From Synergistales bacterium (GTDB taxonomy: Bacteria; Synergistota; Synergistia; Synergistales; JAFGMB01): a stretch of DNA of 64,000 bases. The notes below the pieces were generated by a model that was given only the letters and a program-made list of their open reading frames with translations, made no database searches and had not been told where the DNA came from. Positions 1 through 10,430 of this stretch are shown here, in pieces. A program made the translations under genes and the position numbers. The DNA lies in assembly GCA_963666205.1 (NCBI GenBank), contig OY762654.1:800001-864000 (forward strand). The letters are read 5' to 3'. How positions within the stretch are numbered: the stretch's first letter is position 1; every line of letters begins with the position of its first letter.

Positions 1-86
1 AAAAACCTTATTATTTATGTTCAAAGACTTCAATTAAAATAAAAAATATTTTATCTGGACAACTGCTATCTCCAGAGAGAGCTCAA

Positions 87-746
87 CTACTCACAAAGTG
101 AAGTTAATCCTTCTCTGATGGCAAATTTTGTCAGCTCTGCGATGGAATTAACATTGACCTTCTGCATGATATGGTAACGGTGCGTTTCTACAGTTTTCAT
201 GCTGACATTTATTGAATTGGCAATTTCTCTCGTGCTTCTGCCCTCAGCTATCAGCTGAAGGATCTCTCTTTCTCTTGAGGTAAGGGTAGAGACGGTTTCT
301 TCTCCATCATCATTTTCAAGCATTTTGATATATTCTTCTATCACCATCCCCGATATGGAAGGACTCAGGTAGAATTGACCCTCAGCTACAGTACGTATCG
401 CCCCGGAAAGCTCTTTGAAGGCACAGTCCTTGAGAAGATATCCCGAAGCACCTGCCCGAAGCATTTCTGCAACATAATGACGATCATCGTACATGGAAAG
501 GGCAAGAATCCTTATGGTTTCAAATTCTGAACGGATCCTTCTGGCAGCTTCTATACCATTCATATCAGGCATCATAACATCCATCAGTATTATGTCTGGT
601 CTATGTTTTTTTGATATGGAAAGAGCTTCTCTTCCGTTATCGGCTTCGGCAACAACCTTCATATCCTTTTCAGAATCTATAAGTATGCGAAGACCCTCTC
701 TCATAACCCTGTGATTATCTACAAGCATTATCTTTAATGCAACCAT
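87..746 (-). CDS. NarL/LuxR-family response regulator (REC + HTH)
   Basis: REC domain (LVDNH, DIILMDVMMP, GASGYLLK) and LuxR HTH (LTSREREILQLIAEG..TVETHR). Start set at ATG 746, directly after the kinase stop. Confidence 0.93.
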   Translation of the reverse strand: MVALKIMLVDNHRVMREGLRILIDSEKDMKVVAEADNGREALSISKKHRPDIILMDVMMPDMNGIEAARRIRSEFETIRILALSMYDDRHYVAEMLRAGASGYLLKDCAFKELSGAIRTVAEGQFYLSPSISGMVIEEYIKMLENDDGEETVSTLTSREREILQLIAEGRSTREIANSINVSMKTVETHRYHIMQKVNVNSIAELTKFAIREGLTSLCE

Positions 747-747
747 A

Positions 748-2403
748 TTATTGTTCCCTCGTTCCTGAAGCCAAAGGAAGAGAAATGGAGACTCTAGCTC
801 CCCCATTTCTGTTACGTCCAATACTCAAAAAACCTCCCAGGGTTCGGGCCTGTTCTCTTAGACTGAAGAGGCCGAAACTGTGATTTTTCTCTGAATATTC
901 ATGATCAGATAATCTGCGGATCCCCTTTCCATTATCCGTGACAGATATACGCAGATCACCTTTGGTAAAAGACGCGGAAACATCAGCTACTGTAGCATCT
1001 GCATGTTTGATAACGTTTGTCAGCAATTCACGAACTGCCCTGAAAAGAAAGGATTTTATATCATCAGACATTTCTGAAGGGATATTCTTAAATTGACAGG
1101 AAATCTTGATGTCAGACTGTCTCCCCAGTTTTTCGACCAGCCATTCTACTGCAGGAGAGAAGCCCAGTTCATAGAGAACAGGAGGGCTCAATTCAAAGGT
1201 AATGTTCCTGACACAGGATATGGCATTTTCAAGATTACGGCAAGCTTCATCCAGATGGGAACATGTTTCGGGATCACTGAGACCCTTCCGGGCCATTTCT
1301 AGTCTTAATTTCGAGAGAAGGAGATCCTGACCTATATTGTCATGGAGCTGATGGGCTAATGATCTTTTGGTCTTTTCCTCCAGATAAGTCATTCTATATG
1401 ACAGCCCCTGGAGCTGGCGCTGATATTTGTGGAATTTTACCTCCTGTTCCTTTCTTTCTGAAATATCTCGAGATATAAAGAGCATCAATAGCTCACCTCT
1501 AAGATGGAAAACATGAGCACTGATCTCCACATTAATACTTGACCCATCTTTTCTCACGTGGACTGCCTCAAAAATCATCCTTCTCTTTTTTCTGAGCATT
1601 CTCATGATCTTTTCCATATTTGCAGAACCGGCTATTCCATCAATATCCTGCAACTCCATAGATAAAAGTTCTTTTCTGGAATAACCCAGGGAACGGCATG
1701 CAGAGTCGTTAACTTCCACAAAACGACCGGGGAGACCATCATCACGAATTTTCAGCAGGAATATCTTGTCCGTAGCATTCTGGAAAAGATAACGGTACTT
1801 ATTCTCACTTTCCTTTAACTCTCTCTGGATGAGTTTCAGGGAAGAGATATCCCTCGCAATTGTTGCTGTAGCAATAACCTGACCCTCCGGGTCAAACATG
1901 GGAAACTTGCGACTCAGATAAAATTTTTCCACTCCGTCGGGATAAACAATATTTCGTTCTCTTTCAATAAAATTCCCCTTCGGGAGGGTCTGGGCAAGAG
2001 TTTCATCCAATGAATATTGCCTTATAGTCTCCATATCAAGATGGGGGCAATAGATCTCTTCATGCGTTTTTCCGACGACATCTGTAATATCATGTTTCCA
2101 GACAGCCTTTACAAAAGCCCTGTTAGCTGTTATCAGCTTAAGGTCAAGATCAAACATTGTTACTATATCTTCTGTTTCTTCGACTATGGTAGAAAGATAA
2201 CTTCTATCAAGGAGCTCATCATAAAACCGAAGTATCTGACCCCGAAAAGAGAAGGAATTATCATAAGAGACAGTACTGGAAAGAGGAAGAAGCAATTCAA
2301 TAACCTCTCCTCGAAAATCGGAGGTATCCTTCAAATTGAAGAGGTTATCAAAATAAGTGAGAAAATTGGACGATCCCTTCTCTGACCCCATTTCATCTAC
2401 CAT
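748..2403 (-). CDS. Cytoplasmic PAS-PAS sensor histidine kinase (HisKA_3/NarX type)
   Basis: Two PAS/PAC-like repeats, H-box LHDNIGQDL, N-box ELLTNVIKHA, DNGKG, FGLFS. GGGAGG RBS before ATG 2403. Confidence 0.9.
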   Translation of the reverse strand: MVDEMGSEKGSSNFLTYFDNLFNLKDTSDFRGEVIELLLPLSSTVSYDNSFSFRGQILRFYDELLDRSYLSTIVEETEDIVTMFDLDLKLITANRAFVKAVWKHDITDVVGKTHEEIYCPHLDMETIRQYSLDETLAQTLPKGNFIERERNIVYPDGVEKFYLSRKFPMFDPEGQVIATATIARDISSLKLIQRELKESENKYRYLFQNATDKIFLLKIRDDGLPGRFVEVNDSACRSLGYSRKELLSMELQDIDGIAGSANMEKIMRMLRKKRRMIFEAVHVRKDGSSINVEISAHVFHLRGELLMLFISRDISERKEQEVKFHKYQRQLQGLSYRMTYLEEKTKRSLAHQLHDNIGQDLLLSKLRLEMARKGLSDPETCSHLDEACRNLENAISCVRNITFELSPPVLYELGFSPAVEWLVEKLGRQSDIKISCQFKNIPSEMSDDIKSFLFRAVRELLTNVIKHADATVADVSASFTKGDLRISVTDNGKGIRRLSDHEYSEKNHSFGLFSLREQARTLGGFLSIGRNRNGGARVSISLPLASGTREQ

Positions 2404-2428
2404 TGGATACCTCCCTTGCTCCTTAGGC

Positions 2429-2480
2429 AACCTCAAAATGAAAAGACAAGGTTAAAACCTTGTCTTTTCATTTTGAGGTT
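2429..2480. terminator. Perfect 25-bp-arm inverted repeat after msrA
   Basis: aacctcaaaatgaaaagacaaggtt-aa-aaccttgtcttttcattttgaggtt, immediately after the msrA stop. Confidence 0.7.
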
Positions 2481-2481
2481 T

Positions 2482-3252
2482 CTATTCAGAAGCAGATACC
2501 ATCTTTCTGAGTTTATCCTGAGCCGCTGGAGATAGACCCAGGAGGTCTATCTCAGTTTCAAGCTGTAAAAGGTCACCCATCCCTGAAACATATCCATTCA
2601 GTCTTGCTGCAGCCGTTGAATCAGTAAGTTCTCTATCACTTAAGAAAATTTTTGAATAGTCATCCATAAATTCCCTGAACCTCTTCAAGCGGTATTTCTG
2701 GTGATATTCTTCAGCCAGATAAAATTCACGGAAAGGGATCACTTCTGTTAAAATGACTATTCCACGTTTTTTCTCTTCTTCTGATATACTTTCGATGATC
2801 TTTTGTTTCTGAGATTCATTATGATAGAAAAGAATAGAAATATACTGACGGGATGAAGTCTTTTGTGCAGGATCATGACTTGACCAGAAAACTTCAAGTA
2901 ATTCAGAAAAGGAAATCTTTTCGGGGTCGAAATCTATCTGAATACTTTCAGTATGGTCACCCAGATCATGGTAGGTGGGATCCTTTAAAGTACCTCCAGA
3001 ATAACCCACCCGTGTACGTATAACTCCTGGAATTATCCCGAACCGGGAATCAGGTCCCCAGAATCAACCTAAGGCAAATGTTGCAGTTTCAACCTTTAAT
3101 GGCAGTTCCCCATCTATAAGGGGTTTCTTTGCAAGAACACTCTCATCAGTTCTCATAGCTGTTGCCTCCCTTGAGCAGATAAACAAGAATGAAAATATCA
3201 GAAGGAAGAAGATAACTTTCCATGCTTTCACAGGCATGGAATAAGGATACAT
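2482..3252 (-). CDS. msrA: Selenocysteine-containing peptide-methionine (S)-S-oxide reductase with N-terminal signal/anchor (256 aa)
   Basis: ORFs 3064..3252 and 2482..3009 are in one frame, joined by TGA at 3064-3066. Readthrough gives ATFALG-U-FWGPDSRFGIIPGVIRTRVGYSGG, the GCFW active-site motif with U for C. Downstream motifs DHTE, QYIS, FYLAEEYHQKY. AAGGAGG RBS. Confidence 0.92.
3025..3063 (-). promoter_or_regulatory. Bacterial SECIS-like stem-loop
   Basis: mRNA after UGA: lower stem UUCUGGGG/UUCCAGGA, upper stem UCCCG/CGGGA, apical loop GUU starting with G 20 nt after the UGA. Confidence 0.78.
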
Positions 3253-3467
3253 GATTATTCCTCCTTACACAGGGCCTGAATAGTGTTATCAGGCTATATT
3301 TTTATCCTGCTAGCTAATGATACAGGCACAGACATTTTACCCCATAAGTTCCACCATCCACAAGCAGTATGTAAATAAGTAAACTTAACCCCTAAAGACG
3401 ACAGTTTTAAATTATAATCATGTATGTTCAAACAAATTATTTTTCAGATAAAACCGGAGGATATGAT

Positions 3468-3857
3468 ATGCCGATCGATGAATCTTCTATTCGAGGACAA
3501 ATATTGAAATTAAAGGATTTTCGAAGATGGTCGAACAAGAATGAACTGACTTTTTTGCCCCAGCTTATGGTTGAGGAGGAAATCATAAAGGGCCTGACCT
3601 CCGTCCTGTACAATGAAAGAAAGTGGCTTATGGTCTTAACTGATAGAAAGGTTATATTTCTTTACAGAAAGATGATCGATGGTATTCAGGAAAGCATTCC
3701 CCTGTCTGACATAGTTTCTGTTTCCTGTGAAACCGGCCTGATGTTTGCACGGTTGATTTTACAGACAGATAAAAAAGAAATGAACCTGGACTCTATCCTT
3801 AAAAAGGATGCCCTTGTAATCAAAGAACTCCTTTCAGATATGCTTATAGAAAAATGA
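3468..3857 (+). CDS. Bacterial PH-domain (YokE-like) protein
   Basis: LMVLTDRKVIFL...SIPLSDIVSVSCETGLMF pattern typical of bPH domains. GGAGG RBS before ATG 3468. Confidence 0.75.
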   Translation: MPIDESSIRGQILKLKDFRRWSNKNELTFLPQLMVEEEIIKGLTSVLYNERKWLMVLTDRKVIFLYRKMIDGIQESIPLSDIVSVSCETGLMFARLILQTDKKEMNLDSILKKDALVIKELLSDMLIEK

Positions 3858-4320
3858 AAACATCAGGGAGCTCCTGCTGATACGGGCTAAAAAGATCTGA
3901 TTTGAACCGGAAATACAATCCTATCTTGAGTGGAGATGGCAGATGGAACCAGGGGGATTCATCTCTTTCAGACCCCTGTGTCATAAATATTCATTACATA
4001 AAACGAAAAGCCGTGGGGACATCTTATTCCAGGTCTTGTAATGTTTATAGAACTAATAGATCCCGTTACTCCGGAATCAGGCCTTAATGCAAGATTACGG
4101 ATTTGCTGACAGACCCCTTTCGCAACCGCCTGCCAGGACAAAAAAGGAAAACCACTGATATCCAATTCATTACCATACGGAGAAATATGACTATACAAGG
4201 AACTCTGAAGAAAGTCTGTTCAGAATATAAGGACAAGGAGCAGGAGAAATTTATATAAAAAGACAGAATATACCTCAAAAACACTTGTAGCAGTTCTCCT
4301 GAATGCATAAAAGCAGCAAC

Positions 4321-6741
4321 TCAGATCAATACTTGTAAAAGGCGGCCCAGTTCCTCAAAATGGATCTTCCATTCTCCGTTAACCCCCTCAACATCCTTGA
4401 CCGAAAGCCCAGTATAACCACAATCAGTTTTTATTCTGAAAAATATGTTCTGACTGAACCAGAAATCCGGCTTCAAACCGATTTCATCAATCACTTTCAG
4501 AAAAGCCGCTAAATTTTTCAAAACAGGGATATCATGATAATTTTGTTCAAGATCCTTCATCCGGCTATTAATCCACCTGGAAGCAGAAAGTTCAAATACA
4601 TCCGTATCCAGGGGTATCTTCCATCGTTTTGCGGTATCGAAGAAATTTCTGATATTCTCGAGATCAGGTAAATCCTTGTCAAATTCTTCCCTGATCCCGG
4701 AGTTAAGGACAACCTCTGCAGCTTTAAGAAACTGTGGAGGCACTGGCATCTGTACTGAAGAGATAAAATTCATTAACAGATAATCATCTTCAATTATCTC
4801 CCTTAGAAAAGATTCAAGACGGAAAAGATCCTCTCGAATTATGGAATTAAAGATCTTCTGCTGTTCATTCCGGAAAATATGTCTCAGATCATAATCATGA
4901 GTACCGAAAAAGTCGTCTATGGTATTGATAATACCAGGTATATCTCCCTCGCTGAAGGATGACCGAACCACCTCAATGAATCTGTTGAAAGCATCTTCAC
5001 CAAGATCAGGAGAAAGGGAACATAGTACATTGTGCCCGCCAAGACCAAGAGAAGCATACCAGATACGACAAGATCCAAGGGTAATATCTGATTCAATGTT
5101 CAGGCATCCTCCGCAAAATCTGGTTTTACCTGCATTAAGAGAAAATTCTTTAAGTGGAATAACTCTGTAACAATACATGGATATGTTAGAAGGTTCATCC
5201 GTAAACAATGAAAGAATACCGTAATGTGCTCCCAACCTGGAAAGGTCAAAGCTGAATGGCTTCACAGAATTGCTGTAGATTTCCACCCCTGTTCCCTGAT
5301 CCGGAATGTTGCTTTTCGCCCTTCCAAGAAAATCGAGGAAAGCTGGTTCCAGGTTATTTCCAGATATCTCCAGGGCATATTGAATGGCATGAGCAGCATA
5401 ACGAAGTATCTGAAGAGATTCTATGCCCGAAATATCATCAAAGAACCATCCGCAACTGGTAAACATAAGCATAGCCGAGCGCTGCATCTCCAGAGATTTC
5501 ATTACCAGTTCCCTGTCTACAGCTGAAAGGTCATTTTCTGAATGATATTTTATAAAGTTATCCATATTCTCCTTTGATCTTTCAAGGATTAAATGTATAT
5601 ACTCATCTCTTGCGAACCATGGATCCCTGATCTTTCCTTTCAGGGACTCTGAAAAGATGGATTCGAGTTCCCCATGTAACCAGTCAAGTCCTTCCCTGAG
5701 GGGCTTACGCCAGGACTGGTTCCAATCGTGGTTCATTCCAGTACAGCAGCCACAATTGTCTCTCCATCTCTCCACTCCATGCACACAGCTCCAGGAACTG
5801 TTCTCTATTATCTCTACTTCCCTTGTGACGGGGTGTTTCTCCAGGAACTCGCCGAATATGGTAAGCTCTGTTCCCATTTCTCCTTCTATCCGGTCAAGAC
5901 AGTATGCAAGGGCCATGTCTCCATATTTTTGATGATGTCCATACGTTTCACCATCAGTCGCAACTGAAATAATTCTTCCTTCACCTGTTTTTCTGTCCCA
6001 TCTGGAAAGGAATCGCTGAGCAAACATCTCACCATTTCTGAGCAATCCGCCGAAAGCAATATCCTGTGAGATTCTTCCATCGTAGAAAAAAAGGGCTATA
6101 GTCCTTCCAGAAGGAAGCTGGCAACGATAAGGAGTGGACGGATCTATTTTCCCCCCCCTTACGCCTGTCCAGGGAACACCTTCTGAAAGACGTATCCTGG
6201 AAGCCTGAAATGGTGAAAGGATGGTGAACAATATGCCTTCTTCCGAGAGAAATTCCAGGGTTTTCAGATCCACTGCAGTTTCCGGAAGCCACATGCCTTC
6301 CGGAAAACGTTTAAATCTCTTTTCAAAATCAGCGATTCCCCATAATATCTGGGTTCTTTTATCCCTGTCCGAAGCAAGGGGAAGGATCATATGATTATAG
6401 GCCTGGGCGATAGCGGGACCATGGCCGGAAAATCTCTTCCGACCATCAGTATCAGCCCTCAATATATTTTCATAGGTATGAGGGGAATGCTCTTCCAGCC
6501 ATGATAGGAGGGTCGGCCCGAAGTTGAAGCTCATCCTGGAATAATTGTTCTGGATTGCGGTTATCAAACCTTTTTCGCCAAGAATACGGGCAGCTCCGTT
6601 AGGAGAATAGCATTCTGCCGTAATTCTTTCATTCCAGTTCTCATATGGGGCAGCAGTTCTCTGGATCTCGACTTCTTCCAGCCAGGGATTCTCCCTCGGC
6701 GGCTGGTAGAAGTGACCGTGAACACATACATAAATTGTCAT
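4321..6741 (-). CDS. GH57-family glycoside hydrolase with DUF3536-type C-terminus
   Basis: HGHFYQPPRENPW, WLPETAVD, ATDGETYGHH, WSCVHGVERW. Directly follows glgB. Confidence 0.88.
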   Translation of the reverse strand: MTIYVCVHGHFYQPPRENPWLEEVEIQRTAAPYENWNERITAECYSPNGAARILGEKGLITAIQNNYSRMSFNFGPTLLSWLEEHSPHTYENILRADTDGRKRFSGHGPAIAQAYNHMILPLASDRDKRTQILWGIADFEKRFKRFPEGMWLPETAVDLKTLEFLSEEGILFTILSPFQASRIRLSEGVPWTGVRGGKIDPSTPYRCQLPSGRTIALFFYDGRISQDIAFGGLLRNGEMFAQRFLSRWDRKTGEGRIISVATDGETYGHHQKYGDMALAYCLDRIEGEMGTELTIFGEFLEKHPVTREVEIIENSSWSCVHGVERWRDNCGCCTGMNHDWNQSWRKPLREGLDWLHGELESIFSESLKGKIRDPWFARDEYIHLILERSKENMDNFIKYHSENDLSAVDRELVMKSLEMQRSAMLMFTSCGWFFDDISGIESLQILRYAAHAIQYALEISGNNLEPAFLDFLGRAKSNIPDQGTGVEIYSNSVKPFSFDLSRLGAHYGILSLFTDEPSNISMYCYRVIPLKEFSLNAGKTRFCGGCLNIESDITLGSCRIWYASLGLGGHNVLCSLSPDLGEDAFNRFIEVVRSSFSEGDIPGIINTIDDFFGTHDYDLRHIFRNEQQKIFNSIIREDLFRLESFLREIIEDDYLLMNFISSVQMPVPPQFLKAAEVVLNSGIREEFDKDLPDLENIRNFFDTAKRWKIPLDTDVFELSASRWINSRMKDLEQNYHDIPVLKNLAAFLKVIDEIGLKPDFWFSQNIFFRIKTDCGYTGLSVKDVEGVNGEWKIHFEELGRLLQVLI

Positions 6742-6743
6742 TA

Positions 6744-8669
6744 CTACACCTCTGAAAGTTTAAAAATGATACAGCAGAGAGGGGGTAATGTAACCATAAG
6801 AGAGAAGGGACGTCCATGGTGTTGAATCTTCTCTGCTTCTATACCACCAAAATTTCCATGACCGGTCCCACCATATATATGGGAATCACTGTTCAGGATT
6901 TCACACCAGTATCCTGAATAAGGGACCCCTATCCTGTATTCATATCTGGGCTCAGGTGTAAAGTTACAGACAGTAAGGATAAGGGATTTACCATCTGATC
7001 TTAAAAAAGCAATTATACTTTTTTCTGCATCGCCAAAATCGATCCATTCAAATCCCTTTGGATCATCATCTGTGGAAAAAAGAGCTCTTTCATTTCGGTA
7101 CATACTGTTCAGGTCCCTTACCCATAAAGATACACCCTGGTGAGGGAGGTGATCCAGCAGATCCCAGTGCAGGTATCCGTCATGATTCCATTCAGACATC
7201 TGTCCCATCTCGACACCCATAAAAAGGAGTTTCTTTCCAGGGTGGGCATACATATAACCTAAAAAAGCTCTCATATTTGCAAATTTTCTCCACGTATCCC
7301 CCGGCATCTTGTTAAGAAGGGATCCCTTGCCATAAACTACTTCATCATGGGATATAGGTAACAGGAAGTTCTCGGTAAAAGCATACCAGATACTGAAGGT
7401 GAGTTTATCGTGATGATATTTCCTGAAGATGGGATCAGTGCTCATATATTCCAGGATGTCATGCATCCATCCCATGTTCCATTTCATTGAGAAACCAAGA
7501 CCTCCAACATGAACCGGTCTGGTAACCATGGGCCAGGATGTTGATTCTTCCGCGATCATCTGAACATGGGGGAATCGCTCAAAAACAGCTGTATTAAGTT
7601 TTCTCAGTAAATCAATGGCATCAAGGTTTTCCCTTCCGCCATACCTGTTGGGTATCCATTGTCCCTCCTCCCTGGAATAATCCAGGTACAGCATTGATGC
7701 AACTCCATCTATCCTCAGACCATCTGCATGGTAACGATCGATCCAGAACATGGCGCTGCTTATAAGGAACGCATGCACCTCTTTTCTCCCGTAATTGAAG
7801 ATACTGCTTTTCCAGTCAGGATGGAAACCCTGCCGGGGATCTTCATGTTCAAAAAGGGCCGTACCATCAAATCTGGCAAGTCCATATTCATCACTAGGGA
7901 AATGTGAGGGAACCCAATCCAGTATGACCCCGATACCCTGCTGATGAAGATGATCGATAAGGTACATAAGTTCCTGAGGAGTCCCGTAGCGGCTTGTCGG
8001 AGCAAAATAACCCACTGTCTGGTATCCCCATGAACCATAAAAGGGATGTTCCATAAGGGGAAGAAATTCCACGTGGGTAAAGCCAAGTTTTTTCACATGT
8101 TCTGAAAGAAGTGGGGCTATCTCCCTGTAAGTAAGAGGATCGGAACCATTGCCCCCGGCTCTCCAGGATCCCATGTGGATTTCATATATTGAGATTGGAG
8201 AGGTTGACAGGTTCATCACTTCACGCCGGGATATCCAGTCCTCATCACCCCATTCATATTCAAGGTCCCATACAACAGAAGCTGTTCTTGGAGACACTTC
8301 CCATAAAAAAGAGAAGGGGTCTCCCTTGTCAACAGAATAGTTATGATATCTGGAACAGATATGGTACTTATAAAGGGAACCTTTCCCTATGCCAGGGATA
8401 AAGCATTCCCATATACCCGATCCGTCATTTCGCAAGGAAAGCAGATTCTCTCCCTGTTTCCATTGATTAAAATCACCGATAAGAGACACTTCTACCGCAT
8501 TCGGAGCCCAGACTGCAAAATACGTACCCTTTGAACCAGAATTTACTAATTCATGGGAGCCAAGCTTTTCAAAAAGGTTACAGTGGGTTCCTTCCCTGAA
8601 AAGAAAAACATCAAGGTCTGAAAACAGGCTGACCTTTCCAATACTATCCTCTGATAAAGAATGATCCAT
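6744..8669 (-). CDS. glgB: 1,4-alpha-glucan branching enzyme
   Basis: FAVWAPNA, YEIHMGSW, DWVPSHF, DGLRIDGVASM, AEEST, SHDEVV. Confidence 0.97.
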   Translation of the reverse strand: MDHSLSEDSIGKVSLFSDLDVFLFREGTHCNLFEKLGSHELVNSGSKGTYFAVWAPNAVEVSLIGDFNQWKQGENLLSLRNDGSGIWECFIPGIGKGSLYKYHICSRYHNYSVDKGDPFSFLWEVSPRTASVVWDLEYEWGDEDWISRREVMNLSTSPISIYEIHMGSWRAGGNGSDPLTYREIAPLLSEHVKKLGFTHVEFLPLMEHPFYGSWGYQTVGYFAPTSRYGTPQELMYLIDHLHQQGIGVILDWVPSHFPSDEYGLARFDGTALFEHEDPRQGFHPDWKSSIFNYGRKEVHAFLISSAMFWIDRYHADGLRIDGVASMLYLDYSREEGQWIPNRYGGRENLDAIDLLRKLNTAVFERFPHVQMIAEESTSWPMVTRPVHVGGLGFSMKWNMGWMHDILEYMSTDPIFRKYHHDKLTFSIWYAFTENFLLPISHDEVVYGKGSLLNKMPGDTWRKFANMRAFLGYMYAHPGKKLLFMGVEMGQMSEWNHDGYLHWDLLDHLPHQGVSLWVRDLNSMYRNERALFSTDDDPKGFEWIDFGDAEKSIIAFLRSDGKSLILTVCNFTPEPRYEYRIGVPYSGYWCEILNSDSHIYGGTGHGNFGGIEAEKIQHHGRPFSLMVTLPPLCCIIFKLSEV

Positions 8670-8840
8670 TTATTCATTCCTCCCTCTTGAGGAAGCATTA
8701 CCCGCTGTCCCCAAAAGAATTATATCAGTCTGGATCCATACTCTGTAGATCAGGAAAAACTGAAAGCATTCCAGTCTAGTTGTTATATTTATTTTAAAGT
8801 GTTAACCTTTTAATATAAGGATAAAAGGAGGGAGTTTACG

Positions 8841-10358
8841 GTGATTCATAACGAAAGAAGAAGTGGTATTCTCATGCCCCTATTCTCCCTGCCTTCAAGG
8901 TTTGGAATCGGAGATATGGGACCCGGGTCAAGGTGTTTCTGTGACTTTCTTTCTAAATCAGGCCAATCAATCTGGCAGATCCTCCCTCTTTCCATGACAC
9001 AGCAGGCTACGGGCAATTCTCCATACAGCTCGGTTTCGGCCTTTGCAGGAAATCCTCTCTATATTAGTCCCCAGATGCTTTTTGAAAATGGACTGCTCAA
9101 CAAAGCAAGTCTCCTGGATACACCAGACTTTGGAAATGACAGGGTCCATTATGATCTCGTAGAAAAATTTAAAACAAAGATCCTTATAGAAGCATTTCAG
9201 AGATCACCAGAAATGGATCACACAAAGAGCTATAGCAGTTTCTGCAGAGGTAACAGTTATTGGCTTGATGATTTTGTTCTTTTTAAAGCATTAAAAGGAT
9301 ATTTCCGGGAAAAACCCTGGTATGAATGGCCAGAAGATCTCCGGGACAGGAATCCGGAATCTCTTTCCAGAGCCAGGGTTACACTGGAAAGGGAACTGGA
9401 TTATCTGAAATTCGTCCAGTACCTCTTTTTTCAACAGTGGACAGACCTTCATGAGTACTGCAGGCATAAAAAGATCGATATACTTGGTGATATGCCCATA
9501 TATGTTGATCTCGACAGTGCTGATGTATGGGCCAACAGAAAATACTTCCAGCTTGACGGATCCGGGCATCCTCAAGCTGTAGCGGGAGTTCCTCCCGATT
9601 ATTTCAGTGAAAGTGGACAACTTTGGGGTAACCCTCTTTACCTGTGGGATAAACTTGAAGAAGACGGTTTTTCATGGTGGTATAACAGGATCGGTCATGC
9701 TGGGCGGATCTGTGACCTTCTTCGTATAGATCATTTTCGGGGCTTCCTGTCATACTGGTCAATTCCCTCCGGTGAAAAAACCGCAGTAAAAGGTCACTGG
9801 GAAAGAGGCCCTTCAAATGCCTTTTTTGAAGGACTCGCTGAACAATTCACCGAATTTGCCATCATAGCTGAAAACCTGGGTGTAATAACTCCTGACGTGG
9901 AACAGGCCATGAAAAAACTCGGTCTGCCGGGAATGCTTGTACTCCAGTTCGCATTCGACGGGGACATGAACAACAACCCTTATCTTCCCCATAACCACAC
10001 ACCAAACAATATAGTTTACACAGGAACCCATGATAACAACACCACAAAGGGATGGTTTGAAGAGGAACTCTCTCAAAAGCAGAAACAAATCCTTAACCTG
10101 TATAATGGTTTTCTAGCCGATGGCGATAATGTATCATGGGAACTGATAAGAATGGCCATGGGGTCAGTTGCAAAAACATGTATTATTCCAATGCAGGATC
10201 TGCTGACACTTGGAAGCTGGGCCAGGACAAACAGACCTTCTTTCTCCAGAGGTAACTGGGAATGGAGGATAGATCCTTCCTATCCGGAAGGTTCTCTTGC
10301 TGAAAGATTTTATGAAATAACTGCAATATTCGGAAGGTTGAATATAGAGAGTTCCTGA
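8841..10358 (+). CDS. malQ: 4-alpha-glucanotransferase (amylomaltase, GH77)
   Basis: WQILPL, GVPPDYFS..GQLWGNP, RIDHFRG, AENLG, YTGTHDNNT. Confidence 0.96.
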   Translation: MIHNERRSGILMPLFSLPSRFGIGDMGPGSRCFCDFLSKSGQSIWQILPLSMTQQATGNSPYSSVSAFAGNPLYISPQMLFENGLLNKASLLDTPDFGNDRVHYDLVEKFKTKILIEAFQRSPEMDHTKSYSSFCRGNSYWLDDFVLFKALKGYFREKPWYEWPEDLRDRNPESLSRARVTLERELDYLKFVQYLFFQQWTDLHEYCRHKKIDILGDMPIYVDLDSADVWANRKYFQLDGSGHPQAVAGVPPDYFSESGQLWGNPLYLWDKLEEDGFSWWYNRIGHAGRICDLLRIDHFRGFLSYWSIPSGEKTAVKGHWERGPSNAFFEGLAEQFTEFAIIAENLGVITPDVEQAMKKLGLPGMLVLQFAFDGDMNNNPYLPHNHTPNNIVYTGTHDNNTTKGWFEEELSQKQKQILNLYNGFLADGDNVSWELIRMAMGSVAKTCIIPMQDLLTLGSWARTNRPSFSRGNWEWRIDPSYPEGSLAERFYEITAIFGRLNIESS

Positions 10359-10430
10359 TCAGGAGTATCAGATCTTACGCTTTTCTACAGGAAAATACTG
10401 GAGAGAAAAGGTAACAGGAGGTAGTAGATA

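Noticed and set aside
2482-3252. msrA as a nonsense pseudogene or two genes
   Set aside because: The stop is TGA exactly at the catalytic Cys with a SECIS-like hairpin; Sec recoding fits better.
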